A DNA stretch of 64,000 nucleotides from Azolla caroliniana. Its lineage: Eukaryota > Plantae > Polypodiophyta. Below are positions 1 through 14,100 of this stretch, one piece after another. The stretch covers positions 21,700,001-21,764,000 of the forward strand of contig JBHGNT010000011.1 of NCBI GenBank assembly GCA_043228905.1, given 5' to 3'. Position 1 is the first letter of the stretch; each line of letters begins with the position of its first letter. The notes beneath the pieces are model-generated. The model saw only the letters and a program-made list of their open reading frames with translations. It was not told the DNA's origin and made no database searches. The position numbers and the translations under genes are program-made.

Positions 1-3000
1 AGCGATGCGGGCCCTTTTTTGGAGGCAATTGGCCGATGGATTGCCGATGGCAGATGCATGGATCCTCGCAGGGGACTTTAACATGACTTTGCACACGGAG
101 AACAAGGTGGGGGGTATGCATACGGCGGTGCAGGGGTCAGAGTTAGTTGCATGGGATTTGTTGATGGGCAGAATGGGAGTGAAAGATGCTTGGTATGTAC
201 TAAAAAAGCCTCGGAGCTCGTTATGCTTCTCAAGAGAAGGCTGCAATATAAATGGCTATTGTATGTCTCGCATAGACAGAATATACATATGCTCGGAATT
301 GGAAAAATATGGTAGCAATGTTGAAATCATCGCAGGTTCAACTTACTCTGATCACATGCCGGTTACGATTACGCTGGTCACTCAAAGGCTAAACAAAAGG
401 GACTGCAACTTAAGGATTAGTAGTAAACTTTTTGAGGATGTGGAGGTGAGAAGTAAGATAAGGAGTATATGGGAAAATAATCTAGTTGGTTGCGGTGCTT
501 TGGATAATCTTCGAGGAAAGATTATTGAAACTTCAAAGTATTTGCATGAAGAGACTAAAAATAGATTTGAGAGGTCCAAGGAAAGAGAGGTGAGACTAAG
601 AAGATCGATAGCGGCTGCCCAAAGAATGCTTCAGAAAAATCCCAAGTGTCTTTGGTCGAGATTAGGTCTGGAGGTTGCTAAAGAAACACTCTACAACGAC
701 TGATTGTGTCAAGAAATAAGATGGTATTCAGGAGTTCAGCAGCTTGGTGGAGCAGGAATGGGGACAAGGTGAACCAACAATTTTTTAAGTTTAAAAAACC
801 GAGCACAAATGGTAACTTCAGTCCTAAACTGATCAAGGAGGGTTGTTCACTGTCAGAAGATGTATCGGAGATCATGGAGGCACTCACATCTCACTATAGT
901 GGGCTATTATCAAATAGTTATAGTCTCCCAGCCCAGCCTTCGCTGACAGAATTTGTATTGGAGCGAATGCAACCAAGAATTTCAGAGGTTGCACAAGTTA
1001 AGTGGTCAGGACCACTCTTGGAAGAAGAGGTGTCAGACGCTTTGGCAAGTATATGTAGTACGTCTTGTCCAGGCGACGACAGATTATCAAAAGATTTTTA
1101 TGAAAAATTTTGGGAACTAATTAAGGTTGACCTGATTGCTGGACTAAATGAGGCATGGGATGATGGGTACCTCCCTGAACATTTTAAAGAGGGACTAATA
1201 TTTCTAATTCCTAAGGTAAAGGGTATAGTTACGGATGTGAGGCAATGGAGACCGATTACGCTGCTCAACACAATCTATAAGATTTTTGCTAATATGCTGG
1301 CCAAGAGGGTCAAACCCCACTTACATGCGCTAATTAGTGTTGGACAAACAGGATTCATGGAAAATAGATGTATAATTGATAATGTGTTGACCTTTTGGGA
1401 AGCGATTGCCCTGGCGAAGAAAACCAATCAACATATTGCATGCCTCATGCTTGACTTTGAGAAGGCATATGACAGAGTACAGTGGCTTTTTTTAGACAAA
1501 GTCATGGAGCGGTTGGGACTACCCTCAAAATGGAGAGCAGCTGCGTTGGCCCTTTACAAAAGAAGCTTGAGTAGGGTGTTGGTATTAGGGCAACGGGGCC
1601 CATCAATGCCATTATGCAAGTCTGTCAGGCAGGGGTGCCCATTGGCCCCCTATCTTTATTTATTTATTTCAGAGGCATTCTCTTTCTTTCTAAATAGACC
1701 GGATCCAGGAATTCGGGGTTTGGTTGTCCCACATGCTTGCGAGGACTTGTTGGACTCCATGTATGCAGATGACACTATGCTCTATCTGCAAGGCAATGAT
1801 GCTAATTTACAACAGGCTGAAAACGGATTGAGTTGTTTTGTGAAGCATCAGGGGGGGGAAATTAATTGGAACAAAAGTAGAGGGTTTTGGGTAAGTCCAA
1901 ACTCCAGGCTGCATTGGCAACCTAATGCTAATTTTCAATGGGTTCCTAATGGAAGGGCTGTTAAGTATTTGGGCTTTTTGGTGGGAGTAGAGATTCAGAA
2001 AAATCAGCAGCTTGAGCAAGTGAAAGACAAAATTAGAAAAAAGCTTCGGTTATGGACATCAGTAAAGCTTTCCCTTGCAGGTAGAGTGGTTGTGGTAAAC
2101 CACATTTTGTTGGCCACCATGTGGCACTCGTTGGCATGTTGGATGTTAGATAAAGTTTGCATCAAAAATATTAAGGCAATGGTGAGAGGGTTCCTTTGGT
2201 CGGGTAGAGACCATGAGACAGCATCAGCTAAAGTGGCCTGGAGTTGTTTGATCAAGGAAAAAAGTCAAGGTGGACTTGGGTTGGTGGATTCGGTTCACCA
2301 AAGTAAGGCTTTACTTGGTAAGCTCTTGGTGCGAAGTCTCCAACCTGGACCAGAATTGTGGAAATTGCTTCTTAGAGACAGAGCTAAACTCTGGTGTCCG
2401 AGGAATGGCGGCCCTTGGACGGCAAAGAAGTGGTGGTTGTTTAGTCCAGGCCTAACGTTAAAAGAACCTACTAGCATGGAGGATAGGGTGGCCCGCTCCA
2501 TAATGAGGGCATGGTCAAGTTTAAGAGAGGGGCTTGTCTTAATGCAGCCAAAAACAATGGAGGAACAACTCCATCAACCTCTATTTTGGAACCCCAGGAT
2601 TCGAAGTGATGACGGTATGATGCTTGGTTAGAAAAAATACTTGCCATGGGGAAAAATGGTAGAGTACAATGTTAGTTCAGTAAGAGACTGGGAGGAGTTC
2701 AAAAGGAGAAGAAGGGAGGGACTGGTTGGTAGCCCTAGATTTACTGGCAGGCTGGAAAAGATTACCCATTTGATAGATAGGGTTGTTGATGGTCTAGCTA
2801 GGCTGAATGAAGAAGAGGGGGTCTGGTTTGGGTGGTTTGTGGGTGAGGACGATGCACAAATTATCCGAGGCAGGTGCCCATCTAATGAGTATCGGTGGTG
2901 GGGCAACCTAAGTGCTTTGGCAGACAATGGCCAATGGTTGGCAGTACGAGTGGCAATGCTGGAAGGTGAGAAGTGGCAAGTAAACCCGGACCCAGGGAAG

Positions 3001-4139
3001 CTGCAATCTGATTGTAAGCTTTGGATAGTTGACAACAAGCCCATATGTGATTTGGATTGGGATCCACTAGAGGTGTGGTGGCAGAAACCGGGAACAGACA
3101 AACTTGAACGGTTTTTCGAGTACACTACCAAGCTAGGAAGGCAAATCATTGGATCTAAATCGATGGGTGTTGCCCTAACTCGCAATAGCTGGAAGGATAA
3201 AGGCATTTCTGATGGCTGGTCGAAGTTGTTTTGGAGGAGGCTATGGGCGTTCGATATGCCAGAAAAAATAAAGCTTTGGTTGTGGCTTCTTAGTCACAAA
3301 GCTGTACCAGTGGGGGGAGTGGCTTAGGTGTCGTGGTGGTGAGGCTGGATGCAAAATTTGTGGTCACCCTTGGGAATCAATTCCTCATTGTTTTTGGAAT
3401 TGTAACGAGGCTATTAACATTTGGGGTAGAAGTCTCCGGATAGTGGCAACATGCGGCGTGAATGGGAGAGTTGTATGGGGGTCCGTACAGGGGCTGAAGT
3501 TAACAGGGGAAGGTTGGGCTGAACAGTTAAACCCTCACGGACATGGATTTATAGTGCAGGGTGGCAAGGTGTTTCAAGGGGCTGGAGTTCAACCTGGCAC
3601 TAACTCAGAACTTTTTGAAGAGATATGGAGGATGGTGGCTTGTTTATCGGTCTAGCACATTTGGACCAACCGTTGTAAGTTTGTTTTTCAACAACAAAAG
3701 ATCCCTAGTGGTGAGGTATTAATAAATATTTGGTTTGAGTTGGTCTCTTGGCTGCGGGGACGATACGACTCGATTAAGGGGGAATCTGATGCAGCTGAAA
3801 GATCTCGATCAAAGTTCTTGCTGAAATGGGGTAATTCTCCTATGGTCGACAGATCATCATCAGGGCCTCAATGGCACTACCAAGCACCCCGATGGTTGTT
3901 TCCCCCAATAGTTTCTAACCGCGTCTAGGTGCTATAAATTTGTATAGTTATGGTACAAATAACTAGGTTATTGGAGTTGTTTGGATACGTTTGTTGAAAA
4001 TGAGGTGGGGACTATGTCCGCTTTGATGGGAAGGCCAGAGTGAGGGCTGTTGAGAGGAATTTTGAGAGTTCTATGATGTAATTTTGTTTGCTAACTAATG
4101 CGAAGTAGTGATTTTTTTGGAAAAAAATAAAAACAAAAA
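1..4139 (+). mobile_element. L1/Tx1-like LINE, disabled ORF2 (endonuclease, RT, C-terminal Cys-rich region), 5' end outside window
   Basis: Endonuclease motifs AGDFN, SRIDR and SDH (5-703). RT motifs WRPITLLN, LDFEKAYD, RQGCPL and YADD (706-2631). zf-RVT-like KIKLWLW..CxxC..H..C near 3260-3405. Lesions: frameshift near 700, in-frame TAG 2629-2631, frameshift in the G-run near 3312, in-frame TAG 3653-3655. ORF ends at 3928 and an A-rich tail lies at 4121-4139. Confidence 0.93.
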
Positions 4140-4560
4140 CTTTGGTGCTGAGTCGAACCACTCCACCTTATCAACAAGCCGTCTATAAAATATACCTATG
4201 TCCCAAATGGCATGAAACTCCAAACGCTTAAGCTCCACTTGGTGAGTATTACCTTTTATACTATCCAACAACCCTATGCGATTATGCACAATCTCTATCC
4301 AAATTCCCGAAATTATTTGGGAAGGTCTTTCAGTCACATTTTGAAATACCTTCAAACATCGAGCCTTCCAAATATACCAAATTGTAATACTACTTACCAA
4401 TTGCCATATTTGAGGTTTATCAGTTTGTATTTGTGGATTCAAAGGGATCAATATTTTTTCCATCAAACCATATCTCATCATAATAGCATCTGCAACCTCC
4501 TCCTGTTCATATACCATAGGTTTATCATGTACCACCGCCCATAATACCACACCCTATGTA
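4140..4560 (-). mobile_element. 3' ORF2 fragment of a second, older L1-like LINE, tail-to-tail with the first
   Basis: ORF 4095-4550 reads IWYIWKARCLKVFQ...VEWFDSAPKFLF, homologous to the first LINE's C-terminus (HIWTNRCKFVFQ...QWHYQAPRWLF). Confidence 0.75.
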
Positions 4561-5289
4561 TACACTGCTCTAGGATATATTGGAGTTAATGATTTTATTA
4601 TTTGTTTCCATATGTTCGTAGCAAAACCACAACTCCATAAACAGTTTAGCAGTCTCTACTAAATCCGTAGAAAATAATATAGTCTTATTTCCGAAAAAGA
4701 ATATACTCCAATAGTTAAAATATACACAAACTCGATCGGGAAATAATATAGTCTTATGATGTAAACATCCATGAATATGGGAATTGACTATATTGAGGTT
4801 TATTTTCACAATAGAATGTGAATAAAAAAAAACAAGGATCCTCCATGGAGGTGACTTGGTAAGGCATTGACTCAAGGTAACCATGGTTGCATGGTGATTG
4901 CCAAAATGTGAAGTTCCATGTTAGAGGGAAGCATATGGATGCTCAAAAGTATCGAATTCAAGTATACTTCAAGTGCACTTATTTGTGCAAACAATCATCA
5001 CGAAATTAGCAAGCCCAATTGCATCCTAGTAGACAAGACGATGATTGAGGAGCACCATTCAAGTTGACAAGCTCTAGTCCAACCCCACAATATCTTGACT
5101 CAAACTTGGCTAAATTGTGGGTTATGTTGGTTATTTCTAGTGTGCCATGCATTGTTAATGTGTTGAGTTGTATCCTTCCAAAAAACAATAGAATTTAAGT
5201 TGAATTGTATTCTACTTAAGGAAAAAAGTTTTTTTTTCCAAAGAAAAGATACACCTAGGTATTATAAAATCATTAGAAATACAAAAGTT

Positions 5290-5511
5290 GATGGTTGGTT
5301 CGGTGAGAACAACACCACCAAAACAAAGCTAATGTCAACCATAAATCCATCCATCCTTTCATGAGGAGAGAAGGACCTAAAAACATTTTCAATTCTGCTT
5401 TTGCTTCAAACATGATGGCTGGTTCGGTCAAAACAACAACACCACCAAAACAACGCTAATGCCAACCATAAATCCATCCATCCATTCATGAGAGAAGGAC
5501 CTAAAAACATT
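5290..5511. repeat. Diverged direct duplication, two copies about 123 bp apart
   Basis: gatgg(t/c)tggttcggt...acaacaccaccaaaacaa...gagaaggacctaaaaacattt occurs at about 5290 and about 5414. Confidence 0.8.
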
Positions 5512-7185
5512 TCCGAAGTCAAGTTTTGTAAATGATGCAAAAACCCACTGCCTTGGAAACAATCTAAGAAAACATGCCAAATTTTAGAAACGCAGTTCCA
5601 AATCTAACGAGCAATCATACATTATATGAAACAATATGAGTACTATCTTCTACTTACTTGCAGGAGGAGTTATTTTTGGAAAAAAGAAGAGGTACTTGCT
5701 TGTTGCTACTCTTTAGAGCTTGTCCCAAAGGTAAACCCTTGATCAATATTCTCTCTATGTGAAGTGTATTATTGATAGACATTAACATATATTAATGGCA
5801 TGATTCGAGTCATATCTAGATACCAAAGATAAATATAAGTAGAGCTTTGATTGTGAATAGTTTAACCTTTAGTTTACTTTATTTCCCCCTGAAAAAATGT
5901 TTAATTATATATGTATGTGTTTGTCAAGCATTGGAGTTGAACGAGTTATTATATACTTATCATTTCAATTTTGAATTATTGCAATTTGTTTAAATCACTT
6001 GGAAAACAATAAGAGAAACTTTGTCTTCTCATCAGGTCATCCATTCTCTATAATTTGGCCGTGATGTTTCACCTTTTCATAGCTTTATGTTTGTTATCTT
6101 TTCAAAATAAATGTTGGAACTTGGTTCTAACAAAAGAATGTGAAAACGAGCGGAAAATTCTATATAGCTAAACATAAAACAAAGGGCTTACTAAAGTTGA
6201 AAATCGTCACAAATATATTTGAACGGAAAGTTTGATGACGTAGGATAGTTATATCTATTTAATTTTTCTCTAAATCATTTTATTAAGCCACATATCACAC
6301 CCCTAAAGTTTTTAAGTCACTAATAGTTGGGACTCGTGAGAGTAAATTCCCTATTTCTAGCAACTCAAGGCATGTAACCTTGACAATCACTTGACTTTGT
6401 TACTCGACGATCATTATCTTGTATACAAGTTGGTGTTAGTTGTTAAGTTCAATGCATTAAGATCATTGTGCAAAATGGAAAGGGACACTCTAACTTCTCT
6501 CCATTTCATTAGTCTCACTCTCTCTCCACCCTCTCTTATTGATTGATTTCTCATGGTCTTTCTCTATTATTGGATCTCTCTTAGGTAGTGGGGCAAATAG
6601 AATATATCTAAACATTTCTTTGATATATATTACCCATTTTGACCAATCATATTGATATAATTTAGAGAAATAAAAGCAAGTTTTTAAAAATAACTAAGAA
6701 AATTGTACACATTTTGTCGTTTATAATTTTATTAAGAGACTAGTGAGATATAGGAGGGACGAAACTCTGAACAATTTCAATTTTTTTGGCATAGATTTAT
6801 TAAAGATGATGCGACCATTCTATATATCTATAAGCATATTAACTAATGTTTGACGAAAAAATATCCCTTTGTTCATGATGAAACCAGCTACTCACAAACT
6901 ATTGCAACATCCGTTTCGATAAGTAGGTTTAATATAGTTTAATAAGAAATAAAAATGGTCACATGTGGATATTCTACTTGCAACTCTATGAAAAAGGATT
7001 ACTCGAAGAAACATTTCTCGAACAACAATGATCAAGTTGAAACCTACATATGAATAATCTAATCATGAAAAACATTACGTGCTAAAGCACAATGTATCAA
7101 CATTCCCTTTATCTTTCATGTCCTAGATTTTGAAGCTATTTTATTAAAATTCTCAAATTCGGGCACAATGTTGTAGAGGTAAACC

Positions 7186-7735
7186 TAGCAATGGGCCGGT
7201 TTCGGCTTAAACCAAACCGAACCGTTAAACCATGGTTTAAAGGTTTATAAGTTCCAAAATAATTAAATGGTTTGGTTTGGTTTTAATTAATAATAAACGG
7301 TTCGGTTTCAGTTCGGTTTGGTTTTTAAACTAGGGTTTATAGGTTTTTGGGCTATCTTTTTTTATCCATTAAATGTTTATGTAATTTAATGGTTTAATTA
7401 ATGTTTTTCATTGGTTTAATTCACTTAACTTAATTAATTATTTAATCTAATGGCTCAATTAATCTTATTCATTTATTTTAATATAAATGTTTATTTAATT
7501 AATTTTTTAATTAGCTTGGCTTAAATGTGGTTAGGTTTAAACTTTTTATTAAATGGTTCGGTTTAGTTTTAACTTTTCCCTAAACGGTTTTGGTTTAAAT
7601 GGTTTAGTTTACCTTTTTTTTAAATGGTTTGGTTTAAATGTTCGAATGTTCATAAACGGTTTGTTTTGGTTTTTGTTTAATATAAAGGGTTTGGTTTGGT
7701 TTCAAGGCATCGAAACCGAATCGGGCCCATTGCTA
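7186..7735. mobile_element. hAT-type MITE, 550 bp
   Basis: TIR TAGCAATGGGC / GCCCATTGCTA. Exact 8-bp TSD GGTAAACC at 7178-7185 and 7736-7743. Subterminal (A)ACCG/GGTTT repeats and an AT-rich core. Confidence 0.93.
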
Positions 7736-10267
7736 GGTAAACCTTGTGCTGCAACATTAAGGTTGTATATTTCATGCATTGCTAGCTATAGTTTACTTGA
7801 GACAAGCGCTAAAACTTAATGGGTAGGTAGGTGTCTTATTGGATTTGGACCATTTTGCTCATCAAAACATATTGTTAAAAATTTATGCCCATCATATTGG
7901 TATATAACATTTATCAATTTGTAGATCTTACACACCCACACACAATGTCATGCTCATCAAAAGCGTGTACTTTTTTTTTTTTTCCAAAAGCATGTACTTG
8001 AATGACAAAATATCCTTATAAAGTTCTAAGTCTTTTTATAGAGTGAGATTGTAAGGATCTTGTCATCTTGAAAGGTGATAAATGTGCAATTCTTAGTAGT
8101 ATGAAATCATGCACACTAGTAGTTTGCTTCAACACATTAGTTGTAAAACATTGACATTTCATTTTCGAGAAGAAGTTGAATGGATTATCTTTAGATGGAT
8201 TATGCACGCCACTCGAAAAAGGGTAGCTTAAAACTTATTTCTCAACGACATTGATAAGGTCATCAAACGTGAGCTGAACAAACGAAAGAGATAATACATC
8301 ATGACAAAATTGACAAAGAGGAGTTGTGTCACTATGCTATGGTCTTTAAAACATCAAGGTCATCACATGGTGTTATGACGATGGCAATAAGTGGTGGAAA
8401 GCAAAACAAAGCAAAATAAAAATAGAAGAAAAGAAAAACAATTGTGCAATTGATTGTCCTTAATCATTAAGAACAAGATGTGCTCACATGACATTGTCTG
8501 AGAAAACATTTAATGTGCAAGATCTCTTCTTTCAATGATACAGTAGCAATAGTAGTAGGAGACCGTAGGAGTCCCTTTCTTATCATTTACTTAAAACAAA
8601 TGATTCGAACAACAACGAGGTCACATGCCATCTAGAGCTTCCCACACTCCCCCACGTGCCCTTTCTTCTCATCATGATGTCATCATTGATTGTATAACGG
8701 ATGGACCTGGCTCGTCGTGCTCTTTTTTTTAGATGTGACGTTATCATTGAACTGTAAAATGAATGACATGGTCTATCATGCGTGTTTTGACTTTGATGAT
8801 ATGTTAAGCTCTTGCTTTTTGAAGATACAATGGAATAATTAATGAATGGGCAAATTATGCACATTAGAAATTTAGTCGATTCAAGAAAATATACAGATCT
8901 AAATATAGGTATAAATGTATAGAAATGAATACTAAAAAATATACTGATATATTATACATTCCTCGCTCGTTTCGTTTCCCTTTGATCCATCATTACTTCC
9001 AACAAGACATGTTTTGAGATAGTGTGAAACAAAGATTGTATTGGTACATAACCCTGAAGGCTGACTTCATAGTTTTAAGCATGAACAACACAATTACATT
9101 TAAAACATGAATTGCACATATCCATAGCTGGCAGGGCAAATCACCAAGGTGTGCACACACCTTTTAATTAGAGAAAGCATACTCCCTAGTGGTCTACGAT
9201 TTTGTGCTATAGTTTATGATATATAAAGGTTTATAAGTTTACATTAACTATAGAAGTCACAAGATTTTGTAGGTATCTATATCTATTTGAGGGATTTTTC
9301 ATGAGTTGGGCATAACATTTAACATGAATCACACATATCCGTTGCCACTTTTTTAATTGAGAAAGCATGCCCTCTAATGGTCTATGATTTTGTAGTGACT
9401 TGAACTCACAATCCAAAGGCTTAGTTTATGATATATAAACGTGTATAAGTTTGCTTTAACTATGGAACTCATATGATAAAGGTTTATGAGTTTGCATTAA
9501 CAATGGGACTCATTTGATTTTTTTTTTGGAACTCATATGATTTTGTAGAAATCTATATCTCGTTGATGGAATTTCATGAGTTGTGACATAATATTTATTG
9601 ACTTGATCATAATTTAGTGTTTCATTGTGGGCCAATTCCACATGTTTGTATATGTATTTAAGCCCTCTTTGTACATGAATGAACTTGCACTTTCTTCCCA
9701 ATGTGGATTATGTGTGAGTGAGCGTTTGCTTGTGTGTGTGTGCACATGCACATGCATTTGTGTCTCCTTAAGCACAATTGGACGCATAATTTGTCCCCAA
9801 TGTGGATTGTGAAAGCATAGTCATTTCTGTCTTTGGGTGGGCGTGGTTGTGGGTTTAACTGTGGGTGTGCATGTTTAAGCCAAAGCTCAGAGGGAGGATA
9901 AGAAAACGAAGAAAATATTAATAATGTTGATTGATAACACACTATGATAACCCTAGGCATGAGCATATTGGGATTAACGTGAATTAAAGGATCTAATATA
10001 TCTATTTGTTGGATTCACAATAAGTACAAACATGCATTATAATTTAATGTGGGAAATCCAAACAAACATTCCCATATCTCTATGTGAATTTCTTTAACGA
10101 GTCTTCCCACATTGTGCGCACATAGATAGTCATTGATAAGAGACCCCTAGGCCATTATTTTGCATTCCTTGATTATATCATATGTGAATATGCGCGCACA
10201 TAGATAATCATTGATAAGAGACCTTAGGGCCATTACTTTGCATTCCTAAATTATATCATGGGCAAAA

Positions 10268-11046
10268 AACAACTTGAGGTCATTTTTCTTTAGAACATTG
10301 CTAAAACTATAATCACCGTATGTCCTCAAAATTTAAGCCTAATGGCCTTCATCTTAATCCAAAGACAACAACGTGCCCTAAACTTAAAGCACAACACGGT
10401 GAGTTGCCTTAAAATGTCACATTCAGGTGGGTCACTATGCAAGAATAATACTACAACCACCACACGATATTAACAAGATCAATCATGCTTGGAGTTTCTA
10501 AAAGAGGAAGATCATAACCTCCATGCCATTTTCCCCTTGTTTACAATATGAATTGGGGCACTCTACAATTTGAAGTACTATGAAGCATTCTTACACGTGT
10601 GGACCAGAACACCAAATTGGCTTCACCACTAACTCTTTACTTTTGACTAGAGTCCAACAACTTGAGGTAATTTTTCTTTAGAACATTGCTAAAACTATAA
10701 TCACCGTATGTCCTCAAAATTTAAGCCTAATGGCCTTCATCTTAATCCAAAGACAACAACGTGCCCTAAACTTAAAGCACAACACGGTGAGTTGCCTTAA
10801 AATGACACATTCAGGTGAGTCACTATGCAAGAATAATACTACAACCACCACACGATATTAACAAGATCAATCATGCTTGGAGTTTCTAAAAGAGGAAGAT
10901 CATAACCTCCATGCCATTTTCCCCTTGTTTACAATATGAATTGGGGCACTCTACAATTTGAAGTATTATGAAGCATTCTTACACGTGTGGACCAGAACAC
11001 CAAATTGGCTTCACCGCTAACTCTTTACTTTTGACTAGAGTCCAAC
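10268..11046. repeat. Near-identical tandem duplication, 388-bp period
   Basis: aacttgaggt..ttttctttagaacattgctaaaac starts at 10271 and 10659, with only a few substitutions up to ...gactagagtccaac. A separate ~78-bp duplication lies at about 10113-10259. Confidence 0.92.
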
Positions 11047-12730
11047 TACCCACTTACAAAGGGCCTTCATGCCCACCTCCTTTTTTGCACCTTGTAACCT
11101 TGCAAATCTTCTCCTTAACAACCATTACCCCTTCTTCCACAACTTGCATTGGCTTCAAATTAAAGGTACAATCATGTATAGTAATTTTGTGATGGGTAAT
11201 GTTTTTGCCCATCTTCAGGATCCAAATGCTTGTTTTTCCCACACTTCCCTCCTCTTTTACCAACACTACATCGATGGGTTGTTAATGGGATGAAACGAAA
11301 ATTCATATAAGTGTCGCTTGTGTCATGAGATGTTTTTGGTTAACTCCTATAATTATCGAAACCCTTGTTTTGTGTTGCTAAGATATGTTGCCCCTAGAGG
11401 ATCAATGTCATCATTCACTCTCGGCAAGCAGGAACATTGAACATGGGTTGGTTTCCAATGAATTTGAGAACGATCACACACATTACACACACAAATTCAA
11501 CATATATGTACTTACCTTTCATGTAATTGTATACTTATATATGTACGGTTACACACTCATATTGATAAATTTATACCTACCTTTACATAACACATACATA
11601 TTCATATGAACATCCACATACATTCACACGTATGCATGCAAACCCACCCAACCATAGAGGTACACTAGGAAGTTAAACATAAAGATTGAAAGAAATTGGG
11701 TGTTAAAGCCAACATCTCGTGAGTATTTCAAAGACATCAATGCAACTCAAGTCACCCATCTCCTCTCTGGTTCAAGACCCCAACATCCCGCTCAGGTTTC
11801 AAATGCAGGCATGTATTTTTGTGACAACGCTTGAAACATATCACACTCCTTATAAACTAATGTTTCCTTCTACAACTCATGTTACAAGTGGATTGAAGGT
11901 TAGGGTCCTTTTAAAAAAAAGAAAAAAGATACACCTTGGTATATTACTTGAGAAATGTACATATCGAAAACAGAAGGAGACATTTCATCTCACCTCTATT
12001 GTAATACAAAAGCTAATACCAACATCTGATCAAACAGATGATATCATATAAGGAACAAATGGAGCACAATCTACAAGTTATGCAATAAAAAAGAAGGTAT
12101 GGCAGAATTCCACTTCATACCAGAAGTCGTATCTGAAAATAAGTGAAGCCCTCGCCACTGTTTCTTAAAGTCCACTTGACGTTGCCTTTGAGCATCAGTT
12201 GAACCCTGCAGATCATCATATTGTCCACGTATGGTATGGACAAATAACAACCAAAATTCAATAAGCATAGTACTGAGATGTATGTGAGCATTATTAAAAA
12301 CAGCCTCACATCTCATTTTCCATCTCATAGGTTAGGGTCATTTTTAAACAAATGGTACATAAAAATATTAACCCATGTGTCAAACAAGTTGTCTCGTCCT
12401 ATCACTGCCCGGAAAAATGGCATTATACTACACAACAACTTGTCATTAAATGATTTCCCCCCCCATAAACCCTCGAAACCTAACTTTGTACAACATGTTT
12501 AAATTGTATATTATTTTTTTCTCCTCCCATTGTTCTCTTATGCATCTATATTCCTCATTTATTTCTTTAGCATATAGTTACTTCCTTATTACCTTAAATG
12601 CTCTTTCATGTTTTCTTATACATTCACTACTCTCAAATGAAATCTTTCTAAAATATCCCACTCTTAATCCTCCACACCTTTCTCTTGCGATCTTCTTCGC
12701 TTTGGGGGCTTGCCTAGTTTACACACACAC

Positions 12731-12782
<52 letters not shown>

Positions 12783-12789
12783 TCTCTCT

Positions 12790-13398
12790 TATTGTAAGTA
12801 CCTTACCCTTGTGTAAAGTTGTTACATTACAAGCACTATGTCTTGGGTTCGAAACCCAATTATCATGAAATCTTTCTAAAATATCCCACTCTTAATCCTC
12901 CACACCTTTCTCTTGTGATCTTCTTCACTCTGGGGGCTCGCCTAGTTTACACACTCTCTCTCTTATCGAGAGTACCTTACCCTTGTGGTAAGTTGTTACA
13001 TTACACACGCTATGTCTTGGGTTCGAAACCCAATTATCTCACATCTATATTAAGATACTTCATACATATCTCTTTTACTTCACTAGATGCCATTGTAGAA
13101 TGTAGGGGTTAAACCCATGACCTCCTGGTCTCCATTGGGCAACCTTACCAGTTGAGTAAGGTCAGTCGGTCAGTCGGTCTCCGTCTCTCTTTTTATTGTA
13201 ATTAGTTTACCCTAGTGGTAAGTCGATAACACTACAAGCACTGTGTCTTGGGTTCAAAACCCAATTTTCTCACCTCTCTATTATATACTTCATATATATC
13301 TCTATTTCACTAGATGCCACGGTGGAATGTAGGGGTTGAACCCATGACCACTTGGTCTCCATTGGACAACCTTACCAACTGAGCTACATCCATCTGGG

Positions 13399-13399
<1 letters not shown>
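12790..13399. mobile_element. Cluster of tRNA-derived short elements (one partial and two full copies) set in (CT)n
   Basis: Copies at 12790-12864 (partial), about 12962-13160 and about 13192-13399. Each full copy has A/B-box-like motifs on both strands. (CT)n tracts lie at 12735-12789 and 13400-13443. A related copy is at 50121-50282. Confidence 0.75.
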
Positions 13400-13446
<47 letters not shown>

Positions 13447-13492
13447 ATGCATCACTAGATTCCTTTGTAAATGAGGTCTTTTTGCAACGCCA

Positions 13493-13532
<40 letters not shown>

Positions 13533-13537
<5 letters not shown>

Positions 13538-14092
13538 ATGCATCACTAGATTCCTTTGTAAATGAGGTCTTTTTGCAACGCCAATGTATCAAGACATGGG
13601 ACAAATGTGGAGGCTCACGCTTCACACATTATACAACACATATTGCACCTAACTACAAAACCATATCCTTCGCGGAACGGGGAAACTGTACACATCGATA
13701 TATGTTAGAGCCCATCTGTTATCTGCCATTCAAACTATTGCTTCTATGAGACTTAGCTCAAATGCGTTGTGATGTGAAATGGGGCGTTGGGGCACAAGTG
13801 ATGAGAGTGGCCGACTATGCACACTTTGCCCTAACAAGTTCGATAGTTTGAGTATCACACTTTGATACAATGCTCTGCCTTTGATCATATTCGACCATGC
13901 TTTCCGCATATCTTCAACCGAGCATAATCCTCGCACGAATTTCTCTCATAACCATAATATGCACTCTCAATTATGACATTCATTAGTAAAGTCCAATTTA
14001 AAATCCTTTCACACGTATAAAGTGAAATGTAATATTTTTGGTCTCATAGGTCATATTTGACCTCCAAAGCCGATAATAGAATCTATCTATCT
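13533..14092 (+). mobile_element. 5'-truncated non-L1 LINE remnant (RTE/L2-like) with (ATCT)n tail
   Basis: Degenerate frame MRLSSNAL*CEMGRWG..RLCTLCP..EYHTLIQCSAFDHIR matches the LINE C-terminal Cys/His region. A 3' hairpin AGGTCA-TATT-TGACCT is followed by an atctatctatct tail. Confidence 0.75.
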
Positions 14093-14100
14093 CCCTGTCT

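Noticed and set aside
5900-8500. Decayed DNA-transposon coding region around the MITE
   Set aside because: It looks weakly coding-like, but no recognisable transposase motif or termini could be identified.
11054-11266. Gag zinc-knuckle remnant
   Set aside because: The Cys/His spacing is incomplete and there are no supporting domains in the expected order.
13325-13395. Functional tRNA gene (also at 50125-50190 and 59047-59120)
   Set aside because: A/B-box-like words are present, but no consistent cloverleaf or anticodon arm can be folded, and the copies are diverged repeats.
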